Shown in pieces: positions 45,773-46,281 of a stretch of DNA of 46,281 nt. The notes under the pieces were generated by a model. That model was given only the letters and a program-made list of their open reading frames with translations. It ran no database searches and was not told the DNA's origin. Numbering within the stretch: the first letter of the stretch is position 1; each line of letters opens with the position of its first letter. The position numbers and the translations under genes are program-made. This DNA is from Candidatus Iainarchaeum sp. (GTDB taxonomy: Archaea; Iainarchaeota; Iainarchaeia; Iainarchaeales; GCA-2688035): the NCBI GenBank assembly GCA_017610175.1, contig JAFCCO010000011.1, positions 1 to 46,281 on the forward strand, written 5' to 3'.

Positions 45773-45834
45773 TGGACGGGCGGTGTAGAAATTCTTGATT
45801 CTGCATAAAAATAACCGCCGGTCTCTTTTTTTTT
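45773..45834 (+). ncRNA. Candidate small structured RNA with oligo-T terminator
   Basis: GAC-G-GGCGGT pairs with ACCGCC-G-GTC, with an inner stem GTAGAA/TTCTGC, followed by T9. Both flanking genes are on the minus strand. Confidence 0.3.
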
Positions 45835-45892
45835 AATTGTTTGGTTTATGTGCCGGGATTTGTGGGCTATTGTTTCGGCTGTTACTTGCGGA

Positions 45893-46279
45893 TCACTGTT
45901 TTTTGTAGTAGTATGCTATTGCTCCGATGATTAGCAGTATTGCTATTGCGAGGTAGGTTGTTGTGTTGTTGTTTCCTGCTTCAATTATGCTTTTTTCGAT
46001 TTCAGTGCATTCTGCTTGGTTGCATTCTAGTCCGTAGCCGCAGTTTGTTCCGTTTGGGTGGGGTATGAAGCTGCATTGGCTGTTTATGCATAGTTGGTTT
46101 GTGCAGGGTTCTTGGTCGTCGCAGTCTGCGTCAATTGTGCAGGTTGTTGGTTTTGGGGTGACTTCTGTTGCTGCTGTGGGTATTGGCGGAATCCATTCTG
46201 CTAGTTCTGCTTGTTCTACTTTTTTTTCAACGAAGTATGTTACTTCTGCTTCTTCTCCTGCTTCAAGCTTGGCAATTGT
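45893..46279 (-). CDS. C-terminal part of a cell-surface protein (5'-truncated by window edge)
   Basis: Hand-translated open frame: ...Pro/Thr linker, Cys module CTIDADCDDQEPCTNQLC...C...C...C...C, TM YLAIAILLIIGAIAYYY, then KKQ*. Confidence 0.75.
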   Translation of the reverse strand, partial: TIAKLEAGEEAEVTYFVEKKVEQAELAEWIPPIPTAATEVTPKPTTCTIDADCDDQEPCTNQLCINSQCSFIPHPNGTNCGYGLECNQAECTEIEKSIIEAGNNNTTTYLAIAILLIIGAIAYYYKKQ

Positions 46280-46281
46280 GA

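Noticed and set aside
45775-45786. 12-nt complement of the 16S rRNA 1396-1407 region read as an rRNA fragment or a C/D-box guide
   Set aside because: There is no further rRNA similarity and no canonical C (RUGAUGA) or D (CUGA) box at the right spacing. It is kept only as a remark on the candidate small RNA.
45893-46281. AAC-rich tract suggesting a diversity-generating retroelement template repeat
   Set aside because: No reverse transcriptase and no second near-identical repeat copy are seen in the window. The tract reads as ordinary Asn/Thr linker coding sequence.
1-46281. CRISPR array, tRNA or rRNA genes, transposase or integrase
   Set aside because: No regularly spaced repeats, cloverleaf-compatible sequences or recombinase motifs were seen by eye. 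Intergenic gaps are mostly too short.

Overview
This is a compact archaeal chromosome segment. PolD, Orc1/Cdc6, eS1, KEOPS Bud32 and CarS identify it as archaeal; a DPANN-like, possibly Diapherotrites, origin is inference only. From left to right it holds: (1) a 5'-truncated Hel308/Ski2-like helicase with a 511-aa LAGLIDADG intein whose first catalytic Asp appears to be Gly. (2) About 16 kb of large acidic cell-surface proteins, in which a 2272-aa protein looks like the fused counterpart of a neighbouring 1491-aa plus ~934-aa pair. (3) A ~9.5 kb accessory cluster (19.5-29.0 kb), the most interesting part of the window. It encodes an A24 prepilin-type peptidase, two HxsD-like proteins, an HxsB-like radical SAM/SPASM maturase and a 72-aa His-Xaa-Ser repeat precursor with a prepilin-like leader. 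It also encodes a second radical SAM enzyme with a degenerate SPASM domain, a membrane-anchored NHL beta-propeller, a HemN-like radical SAM enzyme and a U32 (UbiU/UbiV-like) pair. Together these suggest an elaborated archaeal RiPP-like peptide-modification system. (4) Housekeeping genes: sepF, cdc6 with a possible origin, PolD DP2 and DP1, UPF0147, a NOG1 GTPase, secF/secD, an archaeosortase, carS, sppA, DUF92, rps3ae, rps15, bud32, a lipoprotein and a truncated surface protein. No rRNA, tRNA, CRISPR array or transposase was seen. All family calls come from motif recognition by eye, not database searches.
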